Positions 1 to 11,400 of a DNA stretch of 64,000 bases are shown here, in pieces; position 1 is the first letter of the stretch; every line of letters starts with the position of its first letter. The notes beneath the pieces were generated by a model, which did not search any database, was not told the origin of the DNA, and saw only the letters and a program-made list of their open reading frames with translations. The DNA comes from a virus (lineage: Duplodnaviria; Caudoviricetes), in the IMG/VR virus record IMGVR_UViG_3300028591_000124, positions 1-64,000 of that record; one strand, written 5' to 3'. Made by a program: the position numbers and the translations under genes.

Positions 1-1
1 T

Positions 2-3000
2 CTTGTACAAGCGAACGTCCAGAATGCAGTTCAGAACCTGAGTGGTCTGACTGGAATGATGGAAGAGTTCCAGGCCAAATATGGTGCTGGTCTAAGACAG
101 TCAAGCGTAGCAGCTGACCGAATTCTTAAATCGGCAAAGAATCTTGGCAAAAACCTTGGTAAGCAATTGGATATGTCTGGTCCTATTGCCCAGATGCAGG
201 CTTTCCAAGGACAGTTGATTTCAACATTTAATGGTGCCCATAAGGTCATCAGCTCAATGTTTGCTGGTGACATGAATGCCATGAATAAGGCCATCAATGG
301 ATTGGCGACAAGTGGTTTCAGAAGTGAACAAGCCATGAAGCGTATTCGTGGTGAGGCTAAGGGAACCAGTCAGGAACTTCGCGGTCTTGCAAGGGAAATG
401 AAGGAAAGTCAACAGTCCTTCAATACTCTTAGTAGCTTTATGCAGCGTCTTGGAAATGCTAAAGTCGGCAAGGGTGATAAGGCTAAGTGGAGTAAGGCTG
501 CTTTAAAATCATTTACTGAAGATGAGCAGAAGATGATTGCCAAGATTGGCAACGACAAAAGTTGGATGGGTGTTTCCGGCCAGCGTCTTGAAAAAATCTT
601 CAGTAACTTTGACGAAGAACTTAAAAAACGAATTGCAAGACAAGCTGCTGCCAAGAAAGCTTACGAAGACTATAGGGCAAAGAACGGCACTACCACAACA
701 ACAGCTTCAACTGTAGGTGCTATTACTGGCAATCCTCTTCTCATGTCTTCTGAGGAGATGGATAAAAAAGTTGCATCAACTCGCAAGATGGTTCGTTCGA
801 TGAGTAAGCTCATCGCAGAACAAAAAGGCAAGCCAAAAGTAATTACATATACAGCCACTCTAAATATTGAGGATGCCGTTTCAAAGTTAAATACTCTTCA
901 GGAGCAGTTTACAAAGTTGCAGTCAATGGCAAATATCAGCGTCCGCGTTCGTGGTGCTGGAGCTGCCAAAGGATTCAAGGGGTATTTGGATGACATTAAC
1001 AAAGGTGTCAAGGATCTCCAGACTACACTTTCGACTGTTGCAACTACACCGACAAAGAAAGCACCAAAAGCAAAGAAAATAGGCAAAAATGAAGCTGTTG
1101 AGATACCAGCTAAACTTGTCTATAACACAGCGGACCTGAAGGGCAAATTGAGCAAAATGAAGCTCACTGTCCCAGTTACTCTTGTGCCTACTCTTGGTGA
1201 CAAGGCTACAAAAGCAAAGAATCTGGAAGCATTCAAAACAAAGATACCTCCAGTAAAAATAAAGGTAGACCTCAAACAAGCCAGAGCTAAGTTTGATGAG
1301 TTTATCGCGCATATCCAGAAATTCCGCAATCAGACCATTAATTTGAACGCCACTGCCGGTTCACGTTATCGGACCGGTAGAAATGGAGGTGGAACTACTG
1401 TACAGCCGCCAGGTGGAGGTGTCGGTGGCACAACAACACAGCCTTCAACTGGAAGAAAGGGGCCCGTCGGTCAGCGTACTTATGGACGTGGACGCGGATT
1501 CTCCACATATCCATTAGTGGGTAACACCTCATTCGGAGTACAGACACCAGCTTTCGTCGGTATGGCGAAGGGTATGGTTGGTATGATGGGTATCGGTGCT
1601 GCATTTGGTCTTATCGGTGATGCCATGAGGCAGGCTGTTGAGTACCAAAACACAATGGCTTCTGTAAAGGCAATTCTGGAATCCAACCAAAAACTTACAG
1701 GGTACACGCCAGCCAACTTCCGTGCTATGGAAAAGAATATCCGTAGAGTCGGTATGGATACCAAATTTACGGCTCCTGAAGTTGCCGGTGCTGCCAGATT
1801 CATGGCTATGGCTGGTCTCTCCGTTGACCAGATCAACAATTCGATTCGCCCTATTGCAGATGTGGCCCTGATTGGTGACAATGACCTTCAGACTACGGCT
1901 GACAAGATCACGAATATCCAGACAGCATTTGGACTTGGGAAGGATCCCAAGCAAATGAGAAAGCTTGCTGATAACCTCACAACAACATTTACGCGGTTCA
2001 ATACCGACATGATGATGACAGCCGAGGCTATGCAGTATGCGGCTCCTATCGCCAGTGCTGCTGGTCTTGGTATTGAGGAAACGCTTGCTATGATTGGTGT
2101 TATGGGTAATGCCGGTATCCAGTCTTCAATGGCTGGTACTACACTTCGTATGGCACTCCAGAACGTCATCAATCCAAACAAGAAGCAGAAGAAGCTCTGG
2201 GATGCTATGGGTATCCAGCGTTTCAACAAAGATGGCAGTGTTCGTAATATTGTGGATGTCCTTAGTGATTTGTCTGAGCATTCCGATGACAAGAACCTTG
2301 TTAAGTTGGTATCCAATATGTTCCGTGTAACATCAATGGCTGGTGTTACTCAGATCATCCGCAACTTGGAAAAAGTAAAGGCTACGAGGGATGACATGAA
2401 ACTTGGTCTTGACAGTGGAATATCAGAACGCCTTTCTTTGGAGAAGCAAAATACAGTTGCCGGTCTTTGGGCTCAGGTAACCTCTGCATTTACTGAGGAT
2501 AACGTCCAGATGTTTGAGAAGTTCCAGGGTTCATTGAAAGAGATGCTGATCAGTATAAGAGATTATCTGAAGACTCCAGAAGCAGCTGAAAACCTCAATA
2601 ACATCATGGAGCTTGTTAAGACGATGGGTAGCGCATTTGGTACTGTCGCAAAGATTTGGCTTGACATCTATAATACGTTCCCTGGGGCTGTTAAGGCCAT
2701 GATGGTAATGCAATTTGCACTTAACCAAATCGGTTTGTTGTTAAATCCATTCATCGGCTTGTATCGTGTTCTCAGGAATACAGGTCTTGCCCTTGGTGCC
2801 ATTGGAGCTGGAAATGCAGTTGCTGGTGCAGCAAGTGGCGCAGTTGGTCTAAGAGGTGCTTTTGCCGCCGCTAAAGCTGCCGGTTCGTTTGGTGCTATAG
2901 GTTCTATGGCTGGTGGTGCCATGACTGGACTTGGAACTGCAATTGGTGGTATTGCCGGAGCTGTTGCAAGTCCAGTTGGTCTCGCTATATTGGGAATTGC

Positions 3001-4630
3001 CACAACAGTTGGACTTATTTACAAAGATATTAAGGATAAGGACAATGCTGTTAAGAAATTCAATGAAAAGGCCAAAGAAACACAGAGCATAAGGGATAAT
3101 GCAAGTGGTATTATCAACAATACTTTGACTGACAATATGCTGGAACTTGGAACAAAAACAGGTTCTATCGTAAATGTCGGCCAGATTATGAACGAAAAGG
3201 GTAAGCCTGTTGTCGGAAGAAAATGGATTAGTAATCCAATGTTCCGTCATACCAGGGGCTATTCCCAATTATTTGATGCCGACATGATGAAACATGCTCC
3301 GTTAGAGTATGTCAAATCAATATATGATCAATTTGTTGCTCCCGCAACTGGTGGTTCGTATTCATTTGAGAATTTCAGAAGAGACGCAGGCTTTGGCGTT
3401 CCGCAAAACATGGGTAAGGTGGGATATATCACAAATAGCACCAAGAACGCCCAGGCAATAGCAGCAAGGTACGCAATGACAATGGATGCTGTCAATTCAT
3501 CAGACTATACTGGTGCAAGAGACAGAATCTTGAAATTGTTTGGTAGGGCCGCTTCTATTGAGGACAAAGACAAGCGTATCGAAGCGTTTAAGAACGCCAG
3601 AACCAGTGCCATGAAAATTATTGATGCGTATCGCCCTGGAAGCAACAATGAGAGCATCAGAAACATGACTGGTGAGCAAATTGGTAACATGTCTGCCGCC
3701 AGACGTTATAACAGTTTTGAATTCAAATACGCCATTGTTGAAAACCTCACCGATATGCTGAATGGTGAGGACAATCCAGTTATGCAGAAATATCTGGCTA
3801 TTGAACAGCTTGACCAACTCGCCGATAATGAGGTTGCGAAGCGTGTTTATTGGTTACAGAGGTCTGTAGGCGGTATCACATTTACCGGTATCAATATGGA
3901 AGACCAAATGGTTCAGTTGAATCTCCAGATTCATGATGGCCAATTGAGCTTCCAAGAATACCTTGCCAAAATCCAGGCGTTCAAATTAAAAGTCAGTGAT
4001 ACAGTAGGTTCGTTCTTGTTGTTGTCGTTACAGGCAGCTAAACTTGCCGCTGCAAATGGTGACCTTCCAGAAGGTGTTACAATTGATAGTCTGGGCGCAA
4101 ATATGGGTGGCTTCAGTGTTGGCTCAAAACTATCTAAGGAACAGTCGCAATGGCTTAAGGAAAAGGGTCAGGCGTATGCTCTTGAAAATGGTATTGACCC
4201 AGCTAAGTTTAGCCTTACCAATGGCAGCAAGTCAAAGCAAAAGAAAGACATCGACGCTGTTGTTTCATGGTATAGAAAACGCATGGGCCTTAACTTCGAA
4301 GACACCAATAAAGGCAATGGTGGAAACAATGGAAAGACAAATCCATTGACCAACAATAACGGTGGCAATAATAGAAGCACGAACCCATATCAGATAGATC
4401 AATCTGGATACAAGAATCAGTATCAGCGTCCAACAGCACGTCCTACACAGATTGTCTTTAATATTGCGAATCTGTGCAATTTCGACAAAAATGAATTCTT
4501 AACTGCCGACGAGAAGGAAGTTGCCAACCAGATTATGCCGAGAGTGATTCATGCAGTCACTCAGGCTGTTGCAACAGCACAGACACAAATTGGCGCAATG
4601 CCAGATGCCGGTAATGGAAGTCAAGTATAA
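2..4630 (+). CDS. Tail tape measure protein (TP901-type core), probably 5'-truncated by the window
   Basis: TKFTAPEVAGAARFMAMAG...GIQSSMAGTTLR core; Ala/Gly-rich hydrophobic segment; frame is open from nt 2 upstream of the ATG at 56. Confidence 0.9.
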   Translation, partial: LVQANVQNAVQNLSGLTGMMEEFQAKYGAGLRQSSVAADRILKSAKNLGKNLGKQLDMSGPIAQMQAFQGQLISTFNGAHKVISSMFAGDMNAMNKAINGLATSGFRSEQAMKRIRGEAKGTSQELRGLAREMKESQQSFNTLSSFMQRLGNAKVGKGDKAKWSKAALKSFTEDEQKMIAKIGNDKSWMGVSGQRLEKIFSNFDEELKKRIARQAAAKKAYEDYRAKNGTTTTTASTVGAITGNPLLMSSEEMDKKVASTRKMVRSMSKLIAEQKGKPKVITYTATLNIEDAVSKLNTLQEQFTKLQSMANISVRVRGAGAAKGFKGYLDDINKGVKDLQTTLSTVATTPTKKAPKAKKIGKNEAVEIPAKLVYNTADLKGKLSKMKLTVPVTLVPTLGDKATKAKNLEAFKTKIPPVKIKVDLKQARAKFDEFIAHIQKFRNQTINLNATAGSRYRTGRNGGGTTVQPPGGGVGGTTTQPSTGRKGPVGQRTYGRGRGFSTYPLVGNTSFGVQTPAFVGMAKGMVGMMGIGAAFGLIGDAMRQAVEYQNTMASVKAILESNQKLTGYTPANFRAMEKNIRRVGMDTKFTAPEVAGAARFMAMAGLSVDQINNSIRPIADVALIGDNDLQTTADKITNIQTAFGLGKDPKQMRKLADNLTTTFTRFNTDMMMTAEAMQYAAPIASAAGLGIEETLAMIGVMGNAGIQSSMAGTTLRMALQNVINPNKKQKKLWDAMGIQRFNKDGSVRNIVDVLSDLSEHSDDKNLVKLVSNMFRVTSMAGVTQIIRNLEKVKATRDDMKLGLDSGISERLSLEKQNTVAGLWAQVTSAFTEDNVQMFEKFQGSLKEMLISIRDYLKTPEAAENLNNIMELVKTMGSAFGTVAKIWLDIYNTFPGAVKAMMVMQFALNQIGLLLNPFIGLYRVLRNTGLALGAIGAGNAVAGAASGAVGLRGAFAAAKAAGSFGAIGSMAGGAMTGLGTAIGGIAGAVASPVGLAILGIATTVGLIYKDIKDKDNAVKKFNEKAKETQSIRDNASGIINNTLTDNMLELGTKTGSIVNVGQIMNEKGKPVVGRKWISNPMFRHTRGYSQLFDADMMKHAPLEYVKSIYDQFVAPATGGSYSFENFRRDAGFGVPQNMGKVGYITNSTKNAQAIAARYAMTMDAVNSSDYTGARDRILKLFGRAASIEDKDKRIEAFKNARTSAMKIIDAYRPGSNNESIRNMTGEQIGNMSAARRYNSFEFKYAIVENLTDMLNGEDNPVMQKYLAIEQLDQLADNEVAKRVYWLQRSVGGITFTGINMEDQMVQLNLQIHDGQLSFQEYLAKIQAFKLKVSDTVGSFLLLSLQAAKLAAANGDLPEGVTIDSLGANMGGFSVGSKLSKEQSQWLKEKGQAYALENGIDPAKFSLTNGSKSKQKKDIDAVVSWYRKRMGLNFEDTNKGNGGNNGKTNPLTNNNGGNNRSTNPYQIDQSGYKNQYQRPTARPTQIVFNIANLCNFDKNEFLTADEKEVANQIMPRVIHAVTQAVATAQTQIGAMPDAGNGSQV

Positions 4631-4645
4631 TCAAAAATTAAAAAT

Positions 4646-5746
4646 ATGAATTTTTTCGGAAATCTTGGATACAATGTCTCAAATGGAGTTGCTACCAGTG
4701 CTATGAGCATGGGTAATAACTGGCTGCAAGGTGTTCTTGGTGTCACTGGAATGCGTACCGGCCAGCATATTGAATATTACTATAACTATCAGCCTGGTGC
4801 CAATTTTATATTGACTCATACAGCACCTATTCTGAGAGCTGCTGCCCAGTATGCAAAAGAATACGCTATGAAGGAATTGAAGAAGTTCCTTAAAGGCAAA
4901 ACGCAGGGTGCTGAGGGTTCTGCATGGACTGTTCTTATTGAGGATTATGCGAACAAAGTCAGAGAAAAACATTATGGGATGCTTCAGGTGAATCGTGATG
5001 GCGGTGGTCAGGATTTTATACCAGCAGTCAATAATTATGGCGAATATTGCCCAGAAGCATTTGTCATGGGTATCAAATTGCAGGACCCCATCAGTTATAA
5101 GATGAACAAAAGAATGCGTGGTGGAAAGCAAATGGGTGTCGGCGCAATAGGCGTGAAGTCACAAGAAAGCCAATCCGTCAACATTCCGGCAACAACTGAT
5201 ATGCTGGTGTGGTTTGATCCCGTAGCTATTCCCCAAATTAATTCGGATAAGAATGTTTTGTTGACACCAGTTCAGGGCCGCGATTATACTCGAAAGGAAA
5301 TTATTGGCAATGGTGATGTCAAATTCTCTGTAAGTGGCAAAATGGTTTCTGGTGTTCCTGGTGTCTATCCTGAAGCTGAAGTTGAGAAATTCAAGAAAAT
5401 TATGGATTACAAGGGCATCGTCTACTGTAACCATTATATTCTTGATATTCTTGGTATTGACAAGTTCATTATCACAGGATGGTCGCTTAATCCTCGTCAG
5501 GGATTTGCGGACAACACTCAGGACTACACATTCTCTGCTGTTGGTGTAATGCCTGACAAAGAAACTAAGATAGAAGCAGACACCATTAATATCATCGACT
5601 ACAGTATTCAGGAGGCTGAAAAGAAAGAGCGCAGCATGTGGGCACAGCTTGTTCAAAAGAAATTGGAAGGTTTGCAGAATGGTGCTCTTGACACTATAAA
5701 CAAAGCAGCTGATCAGGGTATTAATAGTTTAATTGGATTGATGTAA
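4646..5746 (+). CDS. Tail/baseplate protein (tube initiator, DUF6046-like)
   Basis: Directly after TMP; KNVLLTPVQGRDYTRKEII motif typical of Bacteroidetes phage post-TMP proteins. Confidence 0.55.
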   Translation: MNFFGNLGYNVSNGVATSAMSMGNNWLQGVLGVTGMRTGQHIEYYYNYQPGANFILTHTAPILRAAAQYAKEYAMKELKKFLKGKTQGAEGSAWTVLIEDYANKVREKHYGMLQVNRDGGGQDFIPAVNNYGEYCPEAFVMGIKLQDPISYKMNKRMRGGKQMGVGAIGVKSQESQSVNIPATTDMLVWFDPVAIPQINSDKNVLLTPVQGRDYTRKEIIGNGDVKFSVSGKMVSGVPGVYPEAEVEKFKKIMDYKGIVYCNHYILDILGIDKFIITGWSLNPRQGFADNTQDYTFSAVGVMPDKETKIEADTINIIDYSIQEAEKKERSMWAQLVQKKLEGLQNGALDTINKAADQGINSLIGLM

Positions 5747-7392
5747 TGGCAAACGACAAAGGAGTTGAAACTGCCCAGGGGATCATAAACGGGTACGAAA
5801 CCCCGAAGATGGGTATCGGTATGCGTCACACCGGAAAAGAACGTTTTCTTGAAGGTGATGATGCTCAGAAGTATGTTGACCAGGCACCAGACATTCTTGT
5901 GTGCCAGATTAAGATCTGGAACCCAGCAGAAAAGGGAATCCAGCCAGCACCAGCCAAAGGAGAATGCAAAATGGTTCTCCATGAAGTTGAGTCCCTGGTA
6001 GTCAACAGCTCATATAAAAACGTGATAAGTACGGCATCTATAGTTATACCAAGAGGCTCTATCATCAAAAAGGTCATTACAAGTGCTTCTATTAACAGAA
6101 ACACTGAGGGGCAAGATAATCAGATTGCGACTGACATGAATTCCGAGAGCCCAGATGCAACTGTTGATAACGACAAGAGTTCGGATTCAAATAAAGTTGG
6201 AGATACCTCATTATATGAGCCAGACCATGTAAATGAAATGGGGCTGCTTCTGACAACCACAACAGAAAGTGGCGCACCTGTTTCTCCAAGTATGTTCTCA
6301 AATGGTGACCGTATAGAAATCCGTTGTGGATATACACAAGATCCCATTGTTGCTGAAAAAATAGATGAGTATGAAAACCACAAGTGTCTGAATCTTGTGT
6401 TTTCTGGTTATATTACTGGTATATCTCCACAATCACCAATTGAATTAAGGTGTGAAGATTTGGCTTATGTATTTCGCACAGTTAGTTGTGAAGATATTCT
6501 TTCTAAGGGAAATCGCAAAGTCATGGATTTCTTTGATGAAGGCGGGAAATATAATTGGCTCAAAGGAACTGGTATCGAACTGCATCCAGATGTAAAACAG
6601 CAAGACATCAATGTCGGTGTGGTTAATGTTACTCACCATATCACCGTTGCGGATGTTCTTAATGAATGGTCTAAAAGTGGTCTTGTGTGTTTTATGCGTC
6701 GCTGTGATGATGGAATCTTCAGGCTCTCAATTGGCAGGACATACATGAGTACGACTGCAACAGATACCGCTGATTCAATTATGTACCATCCAGACGGAAG
6801 TGGTATTCCTGTGATTTATTCTGACTGGGATATTGCGGATGATAATTTGTCAATCATGGAAGTTGACAAAAAATTTGTCATTATTGATGCTGAGGGCTGG
6901 AAGGTGGAGAACGGTCAGAACTACCATTGCAAATTCTCTCTCAGATTAAATCCTGAATGGTCACCACAAAATAACAGTGTTGAAAAATATCAGTTCATCA
7001 ATGATAAGGATTGGACGAGTAATCGAAAGGGGAAGCGCAAGAAAGGCTCTAAAGAACCCGTTCAAAATAAAGTTGCGGATCTGAAGAATTATTCCAGATA
7101 CCCATATATGGCAAAGAAATGGGGTTTGTCAAAAGACGAATTGAAACGCGAGGCCATTGAATATTACGAGAATTTCAATCCCAGTGGAGTGTCTGGAAAG
7201 CTTACTATATTTGGTGGACGTGACATTGTTCCCACAACCATTATTGCATTTGTTGACTATATGCAACCAGCTCGACAAGGATTCTATGTTGTCGAAGAAG
7301 TCAATACGAAATTTGGTGTGCATGGCTACAGACAAGAAATAACCATGCCTTATAGAATCAAGATTTTCGAAAACGTAAAAATCATCAAATAA
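5746..7392 (+). CDS. Baseplate hub protein (gpD/late control D-like)
   Basis: GDRIEIRCGY, VFSGYIT, ELRCED and C-terminal GFYVVEEVNTKFG motifs; position. Confidence 0.7.
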   Translation: MANDKGVETAQGIINGYETPKMGIGMRHTGKERFLEGDDAQKYVDQAPDILVCQIKIWNPAEKGIQPAPAKGECKMVLHEVESLVVNSSYKNVISTASIVIPRGSIIKKVITSASINRNTEGQDNQIATDMNSESPDATVDNDKSSDSNKVGDTSLYEPDHVNEMGLLLTTTTESGAPVSPSMFSNGDRIEIRCGYTQDPIVAEKIDEYENHKCLNLVFSGYITGISPQSPIELRCEDLAYVFRTVSCEDILSKGNRKVMDFFDEGGKYNWLKGTGIELHPDVKQQDINVGVVNVTHHITVADVLNEWSKSGLVCFMRRCDDGIFRLSIGRTYMSTTATDTADSIMYHPDGSGIPVIYSDWDIADDNLSIMEVDKKFVIIDAEGWKVENGQNYHCKFSLRLNPEWSPQNNSVEKYQFINDKDWTSNRKGKRKKGSKEPVQNKVADLKNYSRYPYMAKKWGLSKDELKREAIEYYENFNPSGVSGKLTIFGGRDIVPTTIIAFVDYMQPARQGFYVVEEVNTKFGVHGYRQEITMPYRIKIFENVKIIK

Positions 7393-8402
7393 TGTTTGAA
7401 GGAGAATTTTTAGGGGAGGCAAGGAAAATTGCTGAAGGCATACAAAACATTGCTGGTAAGAGGCTTCTTGACAAGCATGGCAATCCACTGTATTCAGGAA
7501 GGATTGTCGGATATGTGTGTAACGTCTATCCGGAAGGCGATGAATGGGAGGGCACCATTGATGTTCAAGAATTCAACAAGAACTATGATGATGAAAGTGC
7601 AGACGTTGGACTTCATGAACATGTCAGGATCTCAGCTATTCAAAACAATAAATCTGGTGTACTTTTGGTGCCTCAATTGTATTCTGAAGTTGTTATTGTT
7701 CAAGACCCGACATCCCAGGAAGAATATGTAATTTCATTTTCTCATGTTGATGTAATTCAGATGAATTCACATCAGAGGGCCAGTATAGGCGTTACTGAAA
7801 CAGAAGAGTTCGTTGAAGATCAGGATGACGATAAGGATTTTGACAATCTCGAAAAAACTGGAAGCTCATCACATACTTACTACGATAAGGATTCTATCAC
7901 GGATATTGTTACCGAACACGATAAAGAAGGCGATGATGAGACAAAGGCACAAGATGGCACGGTTTCAAGAAAGGTGACCAAAGATAAGGTCGTAGAGAAA
8001 ATCGGAGAAAAAACAACTCTTACTACAGAAAACAACAAGCGGACACTCCAGATTGGTGATAACTTGACTATTGAAATGGATGGGTCAGGAAAAATTGACA
8101 TAAACGCCAATGGAACGACCATAACTATTGATAGTAAAGGGCAGTCCACTAAAATCGGTGGTTCTGACAGTGCCCAGATTACGGTTGACAGCGGTGGAAA
8201 TGTGATAGTTGGAGCGACTGATGACAATGCTGTTCTCTTCACTGAATTGCAAAAACTACTCAGTAAACTATTCAATTATCTTGCAACTGCTATGACGGCC
8301 ACACAAATAGGTCCTCAGCCGCTTTCTACAGGCCCTCAAATCGGAGCCCTTTCAGGTGAGTTACCAAACATAATGTCGAAGAAAGTAAAAATAGCAAAAT
8401 AA
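7392..8402 (+). CDS. Baseplate central spike (gpV-like)
   Basis: OB-fold-like N-terminus (LLVPQLYSEVVIV), beta-repeat C-terminus, follows hub gene. Confidence 0.6.
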   Translation: MFEGEFLGEARKIAEGIQNIAGKRLLDKHGNPLYSGRIVGYVCNVYPEGDEWEGTIDVQEFNKNYDDESADVGLHEHVRISAIQNNKSGVLLVPQLYSEVVIVQDPTSQEEYVISFSHVDVIQMNSHQRASIGVTETEEFVEDQDDDKDFDNLEKTGSSSHTYYDKDSITDIVTEHDKEGDDETKAQDGTVSRKVTKDKVVEKIGEKTTLTTENNKRTLQIGDNLTIEMDGSGKIDINANGTTITIDSKGQSTKIGGSDSAQITVDSGGNVIVGATDDNAVLFTELQKLLSKLFNYLATAMTATQIGPQPLSTGPQIGALSGELPNIMSKKVKIAK

Positions 8403-11400
8403 TGGCAGCAGAAGAATTCAAGAAGGGTTCGACAAAGGACTCGTTGATGAAGAGCATTCTGGAGAGTGCCCTTAACACCCTTATAAGTGCAGATGTTCAT
8501 CATAATTATGTGATGAGCGGATCCAGTGTGGAAAATCCGAAGTTTACTGAGACAGGACAATCCCTTTATGAGAAAATGCAAAAGGGTGTCAGTGATGTCG
8601 CAAATACAATTGGTGATGCTATTGCCGGTGAGCAGTCTGGTGGTGTTATTGGTCAAAATGATGGGATTTTCTTGTTTGATGAAGCAAATGAGAAAAAATA
8701 CAGAGTCCCATTTAAGACACTTGCTGCCCTTCTTGTAGCAGAAGCTGTTCAGGGAGCCGGTGGTGATGGGGCACTTTTGACGGCAACTAATCTTTGGACT
8801 TTGCTGAGCGCAGATTCTGATTTCCAGATTGATATTTCCCATTTGAGGGATGCACTGGAGGGTTATCTGACTGCTGAAAGTATGCAGGGCCTTTTCAGAG
8901 ATCATGGCTCAGACGCATACCTTTCCAAGATATTCGATGATGAAGCTCTTGGAATGATTACTTTCTTGGCCGGATTAAAATCAAACGGTGTCGCATATCT
9001 GATGAAGGGCCTGCAAATTGGTCTTTACCAAACAGGTATTACTGGCATTGGTGCCAAGATTGATGAATTCGGTAATGGTGAATTCGAAAGCCTTATCATC
9101 AGGAGATTCTTGGAAGTTCCTGAATTAAGATATAATCGAGTAGAAGTTTTGGCTGGTGACTCTTGGAGAGCACCTGGTGGTGGCATCATCGAGTCTGTTG
9201 TTGTCAATGATGATGGCCTTACTGGAACCATTACTCTGAAACTCGAAGAAGGAGAAGTTGGAAATATCCAGGTGGATGACATCTGTATGGGTATCTTCCA
9301 TGATTACAATAATGCCAGTGTCAATGAAACCGAAACAACGGATGACGGATTTGGTAACAGGACTTTTGCTGGATTCTGTACATCTTATTTCCGTGTCACC
9401 AGTGTTACAGACATAACTGAAGTGGATAACGTGAAATACTATAAGAAAGTATTCACTTATGCATTGCGCCCAGTCAGCACCCGTTGGAATAAGCAGTTGC
9501 ATCCGCAGGAATTCATGACCTTTGTGGCATACGGCAACTTCACGAAGACTGATCGCCAGAACGCCACATATATGACTCCTGCATATACCCGTATGTTGCG
9601 TGGCCAGAATACCTGGGAATTCTCGTTTGAGAATATCGGTATGCAATTCGGAGACCTTTCTATTCTTGCAAACTTTGACACGCAGGATCATCCGAATCCA
9701 AGAGCCCGTGAAGCATCTACATATCTCTTTTATATTGATGGTGATATTATGCACACGGGTATATTGAGACAGGTGGATTCTCATGGACGAGATATTATTG
9801 ATTACTACGACCAGGGTGAATGGGACCCGAATACCGAATATTTCTATAAAGATCGTGTATATTGGAACGGATCGCTATGGCTCCTTGTCAAAGAGGACGA
9901 TATAGACGAGCATGGCGTTCATCATGGCGTGATTGGAAGTGAGCCAAGTCTTGATAATCCGAATTGGTTGGCTGTTGTATATGCCCAGACTATTCAGTCA
10001 ATGGGACACTGGGAATCCTCAAAAACACCGTATCCAGCGCAGTCTATCGTGAATCTTGGCGGTATTTTGTATCTGAGCAATAAGCAGACATCCAATCCAC
10101 CAAGAGGACTGCTGATGTTTACGGAATCTGGTATAAACAAGTATGCAAAAACAAAAGAAGGATTCTATATCTTTGCAGACACCAATTCAAAGAATATCAG
10201 CGATGATTGGGATTTACTCATTGATTTAGAAGAGGCTGTTCAGGGTGAAGATGCAATCTATATTAACCTGACCAATGACTCTGACTCCATCATTACCGAT
10301 ATTAATGGTGTGATAGCTCCAGGCACCGTGTATCCAACCACCAAGGCACAATTGTATCGAGGCAGTGTTCAGATTACATCTGGTATTACATGGGGTGTTT
10401 CTGCTGATGGGTGTTCTGCCACGATTGCTCCTGAGAGCGGAACTGTTGTGACATCGAACATGACCAAAGACAAGGCCGTTGTCACTATCAGCGCAACATA
10501 TAATAATTATACATACACCAAACTCTTTACGTTCAGTAAACTGTTTGGTGCTAACAAGTATATACTGGAACCGTCTGCCGATGTAATTAAGTTTGATCCG
10601 AACGCAAATGACGGCCAAGGACTGTTTGAACCTCAGGTACTTGTTGTACGTGCTTACTGTATCAAAAATGGTGAACGTAAAGAAATCACTTCGACAAGTA
10701 ATCTTGGATTTATCAAATTCAATAACCAGACTTATTATTCTGGGATGTCGGTTAACACAAATTCGATGTCTGCATTCACAAATGGCAGATTGAAATTTGA
10801 GTTATTTGACAACTCTTCTGAACCCAAACTTGGTGACATGGAAGAGATACCATTGGTTCAAGACGGTATCAATGGTGTTGGTTCGGTTACTATAAATCTA
10901 ACGAATGACACCGATGCCATTTGTACAGATTCGGATGGAAACATTGCAGAAAATGAGGAATATCCGACTACTACGGCTGAATTGTATTATCAGTTGACAA
11001 AGGTTCCTAATGAACAGATCAGTTGGAATTGTAGTGGAAATGGTTGTGATGCCATCATTGACGAAAATGGTGTTGTCACAACATCAAATATGACCGCTGA
11101 TGTGGCTGTTGTTACTATTATCGGCTCTTTCCAGGGTCACTCATATATTAAGACATTCACATTCAGAAAACTGTTTGGTCAGGAAAAATATTATTTACAG
11201 ACCAGTGTTAATACGATTGTCCGTGACAAACTGGGCAATTACAACCCAAATAGCATTACTGTTAGGGCCTTCTGCAAGCGTTTTGGCGAAGACCCGGTTG
11301 AATGTACGAGTGCTCTCAATATAGCTAAGATCGTATATGCAGGACAACAGGCCCCGCAATATTCGCCAGTCACTGTCATTATACAGAACGATACATTTAC